Assembly: GCA_963796055.1 (NCBI GenBank)
Contig: CAWCKH010000004.1
Span: 1,760,001 to 1,824,000 of the forward strand
Length of the DNA stretch: 64,000 nt
Reading direction: 5' to 3'
Origin: an uncultured delta proteobacterium
Lineage (GTDB): Bacteria; Myxococcota; Myxococcia; Myxococcales; Myxococcaceae
A program made the position numbers and the translations under genes. The notes below the pieces were generated by a model. It made no database searches. It was not told the origin of the DNA and worked only from the letters and a program-made list of their open reading frames with translations. This document shows positions 1 through 9,713 of this stretch, in pieces (the first letter of the stretch is position 1; each line of letters opens with the position of its first letter).

Positions 1-635
1 GCGGCACGCTGGAACAGGACCTGCCTCGGGTGGAGGCCCCGCTGCGCTCGGTGCTCCGGTTCCTCGCCGAGTCGGGGCCGGTCGCGGTCCGGGAGTCGGC
101 GTCGGCCCGGGCGGCCGAGCCGATCGACCTGTTCTCCGCCAGGCTCCGCACCGCCTGGACCGGCGGCCCCGAGGAGCGACAGGACTTCCTCTCCCATGCC
201 GTGCTCCGGGGCTACGCCGAGGGACTGGTCCACACCGGGGTGACCCTGGATCGCCCGCGCGAGCCGGGCAGCGGTCGGTGTCCGGCGTGCGGCGCGCTTC
301 CCAGCATCTCCTTCCGGCGGGAGATGCCCGGCTCGGATGGCGCGGCCCGCTTCCTCGGCTGCGGGCTCTGCGGGACCGAGTGGCAGACCAACCGCATCCG
401 GTGCCCGAGCTGCGGGGAGACGGACCCCGAGCGGCTTCCCGGCTGGCAGAGCGAGACCCACCCCGCGGCGCGGGTGGAGGCCTGCGAGACCTGTCACCGG
501 TACGTGAAGTCGGTGGACCTCAGCGTCGACGCGCGCGCCATCCCGGAGGTGGACGAGCTCCGCTCGCTCTCGCTGGACCTGTGGGCCATCGAGCGCGGCT
601 ACGTGCGGCTCGAGCCGGGTCTCGCAGGGGTGTAG
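1..635 (+). CDS. fdhE: formate dehydrogenase accessory protein FdhE (5' end probably outside window)
   Basis: Four CxxC motifs (CPAC, CGLC, CPSC, CETC), W...RIRCPSCG and YVKSVD...VDELRSLSLDLWA C-terminal pattern typical of FdhE. Confidence 0.85.
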   Translation, partial: GTLEQDLPRVEAPLRSVLRFLAESGPVAVRESASARAAEPIDLFSARLRTAWTGGPEERQDFLSHAVLRGYAEGLVHTGVTLDRPREPGSGRCPACGALPSISFRREMPGSDGAARFLGCGLCGTEWQTNRIRCPSCGETDPERLPGWQSETHPAARVEACETCHRYVKSVDLSVDARAIPEVDELRSLSLDLWAIERGYVRLEPGLAGV

Positions 636-654
636 GCGAGGCTGGAGCTCCGGC

Positions 655-957
655 TCAGCCCAGCTGCGGCAGCTCCGGGGTGTCCGCCTCGGGCGGCGGG
701 AGCAGCTCGGTCCACGCCCCGGACATCGCCTCCTGGGTCCAGCCCAGGAACCAGCCTTCGCCGCGGAAGAGCGTCCCGCCCGACGTCTCCACCCGGACCA
801 GCGTCCCGGCGCCCTCGGGGGCGGAGACGGCCATGCGCCAGGCCGAGAGCGTGACCGAGCTCTCGCGGAGGCGGATGGCCACGCGCTCCAGCGGCCGCAC
901 CGTGGGCTGGGTGAGTCCGGCGGTGGGCTGCGGGGGCGTCGCGGTCACGTCGGGCAA
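655..957 (-). CDS. hypothetical protein (100 aa)
   Basis: Compact ORF with protein-like composition filling the gap between neighbours; no recognised domain. Confidence 0.5.
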   Translation of the reverse strand: MPDVTATPPQPTAGLTQPTVRPLERVAIRLRESSVTLSAWRMAVSAPEGAGTLVRVETSGGTLFRGEGWFLGWTQEAMSGAWTELLPPPEADTPELPQLG

Positions 958-1050
958 GGTAGCACCCCTGAGCCTGCCGGCAACCCGTGGCTAGGTCGGT
1001 TGCGGTGCGAGCCGGGCGCACGTTCCACCCTCGCGCCCCGGGGTGACAGC

Positions 1051-2079
1051 ATGCCGGGCGCCGTGGACGCGCGCCGACACGCAGGGGCACTGGCCCTGAT
1101 CGCCCTGGCCTGCGGGACGGGAACCATCACTGCTCCTGGCGGCACGGGGGGGCCTCCTCCGGGCCCCGCCAACCACCCGCCGGAGATCTCGGTGGCCCCC
1201 GCCCCCACCATCACCCCCATCGTCGAGGGCGGCACGACCTTGCTCTCGGTCACCGCGGACGATCCGGACGGCGACTCGCTGGGCTACGCCTGGACCCAGA
1301 CCTCACCCACCACACCGGCGGGGACCTTCAGCGTGCGGACGGTGCGCAACCCCACCTGGACTGCGCCGGCGGTCGCCGCGGACACGGTGTTCACCTTCGA
1401 GGTCACCATCACCGACGGCCAGGGCGGCTCGGTCACCCAGTCGTGCCAGATCACGGTGACCCACACCACCGTGAACCGGCCGCCGTCGGTCTCTGCGACC
1501 ATCGCCGTCTCGCCCGCGATGCCAGTGGCCGGGGAGGTGGTGACCCTCTCCATCACCGCCAGTGACCCGGATGCGGATCCGCTCACCATCACCTGGGTCC
1601 AGCTCTCGCCCGCGCAGCAGGGCACGTTCGGCAGCCCCACTCAGCCCTCCACCACCTGGGTCTCCCCGGCGCTCGGGGTGGACTCGCTGGGCTTCAGCCT
1701 CCAGGTGACCGTGGCCGACGGGCACAATCCGCCCGAGCAGCGTCAGGTCACCCTCACCGTGAGCACGCCCTCGTACGCCGGCGACGTCCAGCCGATCTGG
1801 ACCGCGCAATGCGTGAGCTGCCACGACGCCACCCAGCCCGACGGGCAGCTGCCCCTGGTGTCCGGAGCGAGCCGCGCGGCGCTGGTCGACCAGCCGATGG
1901 ACGGAGCCTGCATCGACGCCACCCGCGTCGTTCCGGGCGACCCTGCCGGTTCGGGGCTCATGGATCGGCTCACGGGGACGAGCTGCGGCACCCGGATGCC
2001 CGAGGGGGGCAACCCTCTGTCGGCAGGCGAGCTGGTGATGATCCAGTCGTGGATCCTCCGGGGCGCCCTCGACAACTGA
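1051..2079 (+). CDS. lipoprotein with two PKD/Ig-like repeats and a C-terminal c-type heme domain
   Basis: Lipobox-like LIALA-C; two NxPP...DPDxDxLxxxW repeats; CVSCH heme motif followed by distal RMP Met and WI..GA..N ending. Confidence 0.75.
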   Translation: MPGAVDARRHAGALALIALACGTGTITAPGGTGGPPPGPANHPPEISVAPAPTITPIVEGGTTLLSVTADDPDGDSLGYAWTQTSPTTPAGTFSVRTVRNPTWTAPAVAADTVFTFEVTITDGQGGSVTQSCQITVTHTTVNRPPSVSATIAVSPAMPVAGEVVTLSITASDPDADPLTITWVQLSPAQQGTFGSPTQPSTTWVSPALGVDSLGFSLQVTVADGHNPPEQRQVTLTVSTPSYAGDVQPIWTAQCVSCHDATQPDGQLPLVSGASRAALVDQPMDGACIDATRVVPGDPAGSGLMDRLTGTSCGTRMPEGGNPLSAGELVMIQSWILRGALDN

Positions 2080-2484
2080 TCAGGCCGGGCGCACCACCTC
2101 CCCAGCGGTGAAGAGTGCGCGGGCGAGCGCCTCCGCCTCCTCGGGGTGACGCGGCCGCCGGACGGCGCCCACCACGAACGGGGCACGCCGAACCGCCTCG
2201 GGAATGGGCTGTCCCGAGGTCATCACCACCACCCGGACGCCGGGCGGTGGCGGATTGCGTCGCAAAGTGAGCACCAGCTTCAGCCCGTGGCTCACCGCCC
2301 CGGAGAGGTCCACCAGCACCAGCACCTCGCCGAGGATGGCGGGGAGGATGCTCAGCGCGGCCTCGGCGTTGCCGGCGAGGAAGGGCTCCCAGCCGTGCTC
2401 CAGCGCGGCGACGGCGAGGGCGTTGCCCAGGTCGAAGCTCGCCTCGACCACCAGGAGCGTCCGCCTCTCCTCCGTCGCCTCCAT
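2080..2484 (-). CDS. atypical single-domain response regulator receiver
   Basis: LLVVE, LVLVDL and VVVMTS beta-strand pattern of REC domains; the conserved Lys-Pro is replaced by RRP. Confidence 0.55.
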   Translation of the reverse strand: MEATEERRTLLVVEASFDLGNALAVAALEHGWEPFLAGNAEAALSILPAILGEVLVLVDLSGAVSHGLKLVLTLRRNPPPPGVRVVVMTSGQPIPEAVRRAPFVVGAVRRPRHPEEAEALARALFTAGEVVRPA

Positions 2485-2589
2485 GGCAGCGAGCTTAGGC
2501 TGTGATTGGATTTCTGTGACAAGAGTGAACGTGCGTCACGGGGCGGCGTCGCCCCAGGGCGTTTCAGACGCACCTCGGAGTCATCTCTC

Positions 2590-3528
2590 TCACCTCTCGC
2601 CGGTCTGGGTCTTCGGTTCGGGAAAGGCGCCGAGCGTCTTCACCAGCCAGTCGCGGACGAGCACCACCCGCTTCGGGACGTGCTTCGAGGCCGGCCAGAC
2701 GATGTGCAAGGGCGCCGAGGGACCGGTGTAGGCCGAGAGGAGACGTACCAGCCGCCCCTGGGAGACGTCCTGCTCGCAGTTCAGCGCGGGCAGAAGGCCG
2801 ATGCCCGCTCCCGCCAGCACCGCCTCGTGGAGGAAGGTGAAATCGTCCGCGGCCACCGGTCCGTGCACCGCGACCCGCTTGTTGCCGTCGGGGCCGACGA
2901 GCGTCCACTCGGCCTGTCCCCGGCGCGGGCGGAAGAGCGCGCAGTCGTGCGCGGCGAGCTGCTCGATGCTGGTGGGGGTCCCACGCGCGTCGAGGTAGCC
3001 GGGGCTAGCGAACAGCCACGCCTCGAGCCCCTTCACCTTGCGGGAGATGAGCGAGCTGTCGCGGAGTGGTCCAGCCCGCACCGCCAGGTCCACGCCCTCG
3101 TCCACCAGGTTCACCATCCGCCCGGTGAGGAGGAACTCGAGGGTGATGCCCGGCGTCCGGCGGACGAAGTGGGCGGCGAGGGGGGCGAGCACCTGGGCCC
3201 CGAGGTCCACCGGGGCGGTGATGCGCACCGGTCCCTGCAGCCGCGCGTCGAGCTGGGAGAGGGTCTCGTGTGCCTGCTCCAGCGCCGAGAGAGCCCGCGA
3301 GGCCTCCTCGAAGTACACCCGCCCGGCATCGGTGAGCTGCACCGCCCGCGTCGTGCGCTGCAGCAGCTGCACACCGAAAGACTCCTCGAGCCGCGCCACG
3401 CTCCGGCTCACGCTCGACTTGGGGAGGCCCAGCGCCTCGGCCGCGGCGGTGAAGCTCTGGAGCTCCACCACCCGGAGGAACACCGCGACCCGGTTGAGAT
3501 CGACGTCGGAGGAAGGCGTCCTGGTCAC
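2590..3528 (-). CDS. LysR family transcriptional regulator
   Basis: DLNRVAVFLRVVELQSFTAAAEALGLPKSSVSRSVARLE...LLQRTTR HTH; GTG start at 3528 chosen over the longer ORF. Confidence 0.92.
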   Translation of the reverse strand: MTRTPSSDVDLNRVAVFLRVVELQSFTAAAEALGLPKSSVSRSVARLEESFGVQLLQRTTRAVQLTDAGRVYFEEASRALSALEQAHETLSQLDARLQGPVRITAPVDLGAQVLAPLAAHFVRRTPGITLEFLLTGRMVNLVDEGVDLAVRAGPLRDSSLISRKVKGLEAWLFASPGYLDARGTPTSIEQLAAHDCALFRPRRGQAEWTLVGPDGNKRVAVHGPVAADDFTFLHEAVLAGAGIGLLPALNCEQDVSQGRLVRLLSAYTGPSAPLHIVWPASKHVPKRVVLVRDWLVKTLGAFPEPKTQTGER

Positions 3529-3593
3529 ATGGCTCCGGGGCGAGGGCCAGCTTGTTCCCGGGCGGCGACTTCGCGCAAGGTTCGGGAGCAACC

Positions 3594-4262
3594 ATGGCGC
3601 GCACCTTCCTTCCCGAGCCCCTGGAGCAGTATCTCTTCGACGTGCTCTCGCCGCGGACCGACGTGCAGGAGCGGCTCCGTCAGCAGACGCAGGCGCACCC
3701 ACGGGCCTCGATGCAGATCGGCCCCGACCAGGGGCTGCTGCTCGGGCTGCTGGTCCGCCTCCTCGACGCACGGCGGGTGGTGGAGGTCGGCACCTTCACC
3801 GGCTACAGCGCGCTCGCCATGGCCCTGGCCCTGTCTCCGGGGGGGCGCATCGTCTGCTGCGACATCAGCGAGGAGTACACCTCCATCGCCCGGAGGTACT
3901 GGAAGGAGGCCGGGGTGCAGGACCGCATCGACCTCCGGCTCGGCCCGGCGGTGGAGACCCTGGCCGGGCTGCTCGCGGCCGAGGGGCCCGGGAGCCAGGA
4001 CCTGGCCTTCATCGACGCCGACAAGCCTCGGTACGACGCCTACTACGAGGCGTGCCTCCAGCTGGTCCGCCCCGGCGGGCTCATCGCCATCGACAACGTG
4101 CTCTGGTCGGGGAGGGTGGCGGACCCCGCGGTCATCGACGCCGATACCACCGCCATCCGGGCGCTGAACCTCAAGATCCGCGACGACGCACGGGTGGACG
4201 CGGTGGTCCTCTCGGTGGGGGACGGGCTCACCCTCGCGCGCCGGAAGCGGTCTCCGCACTGA
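3594..4262 (+). CDS. class I SAM-dependent O-methyltransferase (caffeoyl-CoA OMT-like)
   Basis: VVEVGTFTGYS, DLAFIDADK and IAIDNVLWSG motifs. Confidence 0.92.
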   Translation: MARTFLPEPLEQYLFDVLSPRTDVQERLRQQTQAHPRASMQIGPDQGLLLGLLVRLLDARRVVEVGTFTGYSALAMALALSPGGRIVCCDISEEYTSIARRYWKEAGVQDRIDLRLGPAVETLAGLLAAEGPGSQDLAFIDADKPRYDAYYEACLQLVRPGGLIAIDNVLWSGRVADPAVIDADTTAIRALNLKIRDDARVDAVVLSVGDGLTLARRKRSPH

Positions 4263-4293
4263 GCAGTGGCGACCGTGCGCCCGTCGCGGCGCT

Positions 4294-4360
4294 GGGGCCG
4301 TGCTGCTGGTGGCGGACCTGGCGCGGGAGTACGGCTTCACCGACGTGGACGGTCGGATCC
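4294..4360 (+). pseudogene. C-terminal remnant of a DHRS1-like short-chain dehydrogenase
   Basis: Reads GAVLLVADLAREYGFTDVDGR, resembling the conserved C-terminal motif of DHRS1-like SDRs; no upstream body. Confidence 0.5.
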
Positions 4361-4508
4361 GGGTTGGTCGAAGGATCGCGCCGCAATGGCGGCAGAGATC
4401 AAGGAGCGCCGGAGGGAGCTTGGCTCGGGTCAAGTGACCGGAGGCGCGACGCTGAGGTCGGCCGCCAGGGCAAGCGAGGAACGATCAACCCCGGATGGTT
4501 TCGGCTAT

Positions 4509-4790
4509 TCAGGCCCGCGGCCGCTGGACCCAGCGGTGCACCAGCTGCTCCAGCAGCTCGGCCCGGCTCAGTCCCGCGCGCCGCAGCTTGCGGTCCATGG
4601 CCGAGATGAGGTCGGCCGGGAGCCGGACCGCGAGCACCGGCTTCTCGCCATTGCCCCGGGGGCGGATGGGCCGGGTAGGCGTCCGGCCCCGGAGCAGCTG
4701 GCGGTAGTGGCTGGCGCAAAATCCGCGGCTGTGGACCGGACGCCCGCACTGGGGGACCTGACATCTGCTTCGCTGTCCTGAACTGGGCAT
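4509..4790 (-). CDS. small protein with Cys/His zinc-finger-like motif and ribbon-helix-helix-like C-terminus
   Basis: CQVPQC-x10-CASHY motif then LAVRLPADLISAMDRKLRRAGLSRAELLEQLV (CopG/RHH-like). Confidence 0.6.
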   Translation of the reverse strand: MPSSGQRSRCQVPQCGRPVHSRGFCASHYRQLLRGRTPTRPIRPRGNGEKPVLAVRLPADLISAMDRKLRRAGLSRAELLEQLVHRWVQRPRA

Positions 4791-4942
4791 CGCGCAGAAC
4801 TGTGTTTGCAGATGTCACGCCAGTGGCGGAACCACCGGAATCCGGGCCTTTCTCCTCTGGCCCGGATGGGTCGCCGCCGACCTTCCGCCGATGCTGCGTG
4901 CACGGCGACCCACTCACCCGTGCGCACAGCCGTCAACACTTG

Positions 4943-5623
4943 TCACAGCAGGAACGCAAAACGGAGCCCGACGTCGATCCAGACGTGCACCGACTTGCTC
5001 AGGATGTCGCTGGCTCCGCTGACGTCGGTCCCCTGCGAGTTGATGAGCCCCAGGCTCCCGCTGTCGTACTGCGCCACCCGGCTCTGCACGAAGGGGCCCA
5101 GCCGGAAGCTCTTGCCGAGCAGGAAGTCGATGCCCAGCTGGAGATTGACCCACTCGAACCCGCGGGCGCTGCCGTAGAGCGTTCCCCCGGTCCCGCTGAT
5201 GCTGAGGTTGAGCCACTCGTAACCCACGCCCAGGCCCAGCCACGGGTCCACCGCCCGGTCCGGGCCGAGGTGCCAGAGCACCTCGAAGCCCACCCGGACG
5301 TTGCTGGCCGATCGTCCGGTGCCGCCCTCGAGCGCGCTACCGGTCTTGGCGAAGGCGTAGGAGGCGTAGCCGCCCACGAACGCCGGACCGATGCGTGCCC
5401 CCAGCTCGAGCTGCAGCGGGACGGACCAGGAGACGAGATCTGCCAGGCTGAGCCCCGACGGTGAGCGCGTCGTCTCGCCCACCGCGTTTCCGATGGGAAT
5501 CCCCACCCCGGCGCGCACCGCGGCCTCGAAGCGGGTGGGGAGCTCCTCCGCGCCCGCCGGGGCGGCAAGCCACGGCAAGAGTAGGAGCGCCCCGGCAAGG
5601 CCGTTCCTCATCGAAATGCTCAT
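4943..5623 (-). CDS. outer-membrane beta-barrel protein
   Basis: Signal peptide (LLLLPWLAAPAGA), amphipathic strands (DPWLGLGVGYEW), aromatic-rich C-terminus; start 5623 or 5611. Confidence 0.75.
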   Translation of the reverse strand: MSISMRNGLAGALLLLPWLAAPAGAEELPTRFEAAVRAGVGIPIGNAVGETTRSPSGLSLADLVSWSVPLQLELGARIGPAFVGGYASYAFAKTGSALEGGTGRSASNVRVGFEVLWHLGPDRAVDPWLGLGVGYEWLNLSISGTGGTLYGSARGFEWVNLQLGIDFLLGKSFRLGPFVQSRVAQYDSGSLGLINSQGTDVSGASDILSKSVHVWIDVGLRFAFLL

Positions 5624-5718
5624 CCCCTCCGGCCAGGGGGCGACAGCCGGACCTGTCGCCCCTCGGGTCTCCTGGCCTCCGCCGACGACTCTAGCCGGAG
5701 TCGGTCCGGCGGCGAGGG

Positions 5719-6092
5719 TCAGAGCGAGGCGCCCTCGCTGCTCTTCCCGTACTTGACACTGCAGCCGTACGGCTCGCTGGTGCTCGGCGACACCGACTGC
5801 CCGGCGAGCAGCGCGCTCACCGCCTTCTCCACGAAGTTGGTGCGGTGCTCCGGCCGCGCGGGTCGTCGTCGATGCCGCCGGCGTAGCGGAGCACGCCCTT
5901 CTCGTCGATGACGAACATGTGCGGGGTGGTCTTCGCCCCGTAGGCCCGGCCCACATCGCCGCCCGGGGCGTGCGAGGTCCCGACCTCGTCCCGGAGGGTG
6001 AAGGGGGGCGCCGGCTGTCCCACGTCTGCTCCCAGAGCGGGGATGGCGAGCGACAGGGAGGCACAGACCAGCAGCGGACGGACGAGCGACAT
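5719..6092 (-). pseudogene. thioredoxin/AhpC-TSA (redoxin) family protein, internally deleted and frameshifted
   Basis: Signal peptide + VGQPAPPFTLRD jumps straight to VGRAYGAKTTPHMFVID...YAGGIDD; tail NFVEKAVSALLAG...PYGCSVKY is in another frame (shift ~5840). Confidence 0.7.
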
Positions 6093-6100
6093 GGGGGTGT

Positions 6101-8236
6101 TCACCTCGGAGACGCGGAGAGACCCAGCGAGCCCGGCCCGGCGGCGGCCCGCTCCAGCGCGGTCACCACCGTGTCGGCGGTGAGCAGCTCGGGCAGCACC
6201 TCGGGCTGGTCCGGATGCGCCGGGGAGTAGACCAGGTACATCGGCACGCCGGCGCGCCCGTGGGCGGCCAGCCTGCGCGCGATGCCCGCGTCGCGCCGCG
6301 TCCAGTCCGCCACCAGGACCTGCGTCCGGGTGCGCGCCAGCACCGACTGCACCGGCTCCGAGGCGAGCACGGTGCGCTCGTTGAACTTGCAGCTCAGGCA
6401 CCACTCGGCGGTGAAGTCGACGAGCACCGGTCGGCCCTGGGCGAGGCTGCGCGACACCGCCTCGTCGCTCCAGGCATCCCGTCCCGCCACCGGCGTCGGA
6501 CCCGGGCCGAAGCGCAGCGCGACCCAGCCAGTCGCCAGCAGAACCAGGACGCCGCCCAGGAGGACCGGCTGGCGGCGCCACGTGCCCCACGCCCAGGCCA
6601 CGAGGGCGAGCACCACCAGGAAGGCGAGCAACCGCACCACAGCGTCCACCCCCGCGAGCGAGCCGAGGATGCCGGTGAGCCACACCCCGGTTCCGAGCAA
6701 TGCGAACCCGAGCAGCTGCTTCGCCCGCTCCATCCACACGCCGGGCCGGGGCAGCCGGCGGCGAAGACCGGGAACCAGCACCAGGACCGAGAATGGCGCG
6801 GCCAGGCCGAGCCCCACCGAGGTGAAGACGGCGAGCACCACCGGTGCGCTCGCGGCGAAGGCGAATCCCACCGCCGTTCCCAGCAGCGGTGCGGAGCAGG
6901 GAGTGGCAAGCACCACCGCCAGGACGCCCTCCCCGACGCTCCGCAGCGGGCCGTGGGCATGGTCCACCGCGGCGACCAGCGTCCCGGTTCCGTGGCTGGG
7001 GACGGTGAGCTCGAAGACCCCGAGCAGGTTGAGCGCGAAGAGCAGCACCACTCCCGACAGCACCGCCACGAAGAGCGGCTCCTGGAACTGGAAGCCCCAG
7101 CCCACGGCGTGCCCGGCGGCCCGGAGCCCCAGCACCGCCAGGGACAGGACGAGCAACGAGGCGAGGATGCCCCCGGTGTACGCCAGCGCGTGCATCCGCA
7201 CCGACCCGTGGTCGGCGTGGACCGTCCGGGCGAAGCCGTAGGCCTTGAGCGCCAGCACCGGGAACACGCAGGGCATGGCGTTGAGCAGCACGCCGCCGAG
7301 GAACGCGAGGAGCAGCATCCAGGCCAGGCCCGGGGTGCGCGCGGGGACCGGGGGGCTCGAGGCGGCGGTGTGCGGCACCAGCCCGGGCGGCAGCGCGAAG
7401 GGAGCGCTCACCTCCAGCGTGCCCCCGCTGGCCAGCGCGACCACCCCGGCGATGCGGGGCGGGGTGGAGGCGGGGTCGGGCGACGCCTTCCCCCAGAGCC
7501 GGAGCTTCCCGGGCGCCTCGGCAATGCCCTGGACGACGAGGATGCCGGCGAGCCGTTCCGGGACGAAGGCGTCGGCCGGGGCGAGCGCCTCGGGGCTTCC
7601 GTCGGCGCGCTCCACCGTCAGCTCGCCCTCGAACGGCTGGCCGGGGACGAAGGGGGTGGTTCGCCGGATGCTGACCCGGAGACCGGCGCTGGAGGGTTCC
7701 CGGGGTACCCGTGCCGCGGCCGCATCGAGGAGCGAGGCACCGGCCGCATCCGCCCGCCGGGGACCGACCCCCAGCACCCGGGTGAGCTCGAACCGCGCCG
7801 GGATGCACTGGACCTCGCAGACCAGCACCTCGACGGTGGCGACGATGGTCAACGGAGGGTGCACGTCCGGCTGCGCCCGGGCCGCGGTGAAGAGCACCAC
7901 CTCGCCGCCGTAGCCGTAGCTGGTGATGGAGCCGTCCGGGCTCCGGTGCACTTCCGGGGCGGGCCAGCCGAGCGGGCCGGTCGAGACGCGCGGCGCATCC
8001 CATACCACCTCGCTCGCCAGCCCCGCCTCGCCCGGATTCTTCCAGTAGATGTGCCACCCGCGCGCCATCTGGAACTGCACTCCCAGCCGGAAGGCATCGC
8101 CGGGCTCCACCTGGGTCAGGTCGGAGACGAGGGTCGCCTGGACCCTGGGCTTGCCCTCGTAAATTCCCCCACTGGCAGTGGAGGCGGGCGCCGGGGCGGC
8201 AGCCACGAGCATCGGAAGGAACCAAGCGGCAAGCAC
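6101..8236 (-). CDS. dsbD: protein-disulfide reductase DsbD family (N-domain + TM + thioredoxin); start uncertain
   Basis: GWHIYWKNPG, CEVQC, LNAMPCVFPVL, LATPCSAP and DFTAEWCLSCK motifs. Confidence 0.9.
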   Translation of the reverse strand: MLAAWFLPMLVAAAPAPASTASGGIYEGKPRVQATLVSDLTQVEPGDAFRLGVQFQMARGWHIYWKNPGEAGLASEVVWDAPRVSTGPLGWPAPEVHRSPDGSITSYGYGGEVVLFTAARAQPDVHPPLTIVATVEVLVCEVQCIPARFELTRVLGVGPRRADAAGASLLDAAAARVPREPSSAGLRVSIRRTTPFVPGQPFEGELTVERADGSPEALAPADAFVPERLAGILVVQGIAEAPGKLRLWGKASPDPASTPPRIAGVVALASGGTLEVSAPFALPPGLVPHTAASSPPVPARTPGLAWMLLLAFLGGVLLNAMPCVFPVLALKAYGFARTVHADHGSVRMHALAYTGGILASLLVLSLAVLGLRAAGHAVGWGFQFQEPLFVAVLSGVVLLFALNLLGVFELTVPSHGTGTLVAAVDHAHGPLRSVGEGVLAVVLATPCSAPLLGTAVGFAFAASAPVVLAVFTSVGLGLAAPFSVLVLVPGLRRRLPRPGVWMERAKQLLGFALLGTGVWLTGILGSLAGVDAVVRLLAFLVVLALVAWAWGTWRRQPVLLGGVLVLLATGWVALRFGPGPTPVAGRDAWSDEAVSRSLAQGRPVLVDFTAEWCLSCKFNERTVLASEPVQSVLARTRTQVLVADWTRRDAGIARRLAAHGRAGVPMYLVYSPAHPDQPEVLPELLTADTVVTALERAAAGPGSLGLSASPR

Positions 8237-8324
8237 GGTTGGCAGCCCTAACAGGTCGGAGCGGCAACTGCTTCCCTGCTCCTCACCGCGAACGGATCCT
8301 CCCTTGCAATGGTCCCGGGGTGCC

Positions 8325-8552
8325 ATGTCGGCCTACGTGGACCCGGACGAGCTGATGCTGTTCAGCGTGGGAATGGTGCTGGGCGTCGATTCCCTCGACT
8401 ACATGGTCGACGTCGTGCTCGACCGGCGCCTGACCCGAGCCGACCACCGGAAGCTCTCGCTCGCGCTGGAGCGCAAGGGCGGGAAGCTGCCGGTCCGCGT
8501 CGACGAGGTGGTGCATCTCGTCGCCCAGCCCCGGTCGGCCCGCCCCAACTAG
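8325..8552 (+). CDS. hypothetical protein (75 aa)
   Basis: ATG start, GC3-rich codon pattern, no recognised domain. Confidence 0.45.
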   Translation: MSAYVDPDELMLFSVGMVLGVDSLDYMVDVVLDRRLTRADHRKLSLALERKGGKLPVRVDEVVHLVAQPRSARPN

Positions 8553-8707
8553 AAGCCTGTAGGACATCGCCGACTGCGGCCGCCCTGACCTGACCTACGG
8601 GCACCGGACCGCCAGCAAACGGCCTCCTCCCGGACACGGTGGCGGTGGACGCCCCCTGCCGCTAGAGGACCGTTGCTCCGGCATGCCAGCCCTTAGGTGC
8701 ACTCCAC

Positions 8708-9682
8708 GTGAACGCCAGCATCGAGTTCCTCCGGACGTACGGCCCCATCCTGGTCTTCACCAGCGTGCTCCTGGAGCAGTCGGGGGTGCCCATCCCCTGC
8801 ACACCATGGCTCATCGCCTCCGGGGCGCTGGCCCGGCTGGGGCACGGGACGGTCGCGCTCCCCGTCGCGCTGGCCACCATGGCCGCCTCGATGGGCCACT
8901 CCCTCTGGTTCCTCGCCGGGCGAAGGTGGGGCAGCCGCGTGCTGCGCCTGGTCTGCCGGGTCTCCATCGAGCCGGACAGCTGCGTGCAGCGGACCGAGAA
9001 CGCCTTCACCCGCTACGGGGCGCGGGCGCTGATCGTCGCCCCCTTCATCCCCGGCCTCACCACGCTCGCACCGCCGCTGGCCGGAATGTCCGGGATGCGG
9101 TTCCGGCGATTCCTGGCGCTCGACGGCATGGGAGACCTGCTCTGGGTCACCACCTTTGTGGGCCTGGGCTGGCTCGCGGGCGAGCCGTTCTTCCGGGCGC
9201 TCGAGGCGGGGATGGCCTACGCCGGCTCCGCGGTGGGCTTCCTGGCCGCCGGCCTCGCCGCGTACCTCGCGTTCCGGTTCCTCCAGCGGGCGCGGTTCCG
9301 CTCCCAGCTGCGCGTCCGGAGGGTGTCGGCCGGAGAGCTCAAGCGACGGATCGACGAAGGCGAGGACCTGGTGCTGGTGGACCTCCGGCACCGCCGCGAG
9401 CTCGAGGAGTCGGGCACCACGCTCCCCGGCGCGCTGCACATCTCCCCGGACGAGCTGGACCGACGGCACCCGGAGATCGCCCGCGGGCGCGACGTGGTGC
9501 TCTTCTGTAGTTGACCCGACGAATGGACGAGCGCCCGGGTGGCGCTCCGGCTGAAGCGAAGAGGCATCTCCCGGGTCCGGCCGCTCGAGGGCGGGTACGC
9601 CGGGTGGGTGGCCGAGGGCTACCCGCTGGAGCGGTGGGCGCCCGCCGAGACCGCCAGCACCTCGCTCGCCTTCGGCGCCTAG
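8708..9682 (+). CDS. DedA (VTT) membrane protein fused to rhodanese; probable selenoprotein (UGA 9512-9514 = Sec)
   Basis: LEQSGVPIP/FIPG DedA motifs; rhodanese continues in frame past TGA: FCS*PDEWTSARVALRLKRRGISRVRPLEGGYAGW to TAG 9680-9682. Confidence 0.85.
9529..9547 (+). promoter_or_regulatory. putative bacterial SECIS hairpin
   Basis: GAGCGCC-CGGGT-GGCGCTC 7-bp stem; loop starts 21 nt after the UGA with G in loop position 2. Confidence 0.65.
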
Positions 9683-9713
9683 CTGACTGCGGCCGCCCTG
9701 ACCGAGCTCGTCG

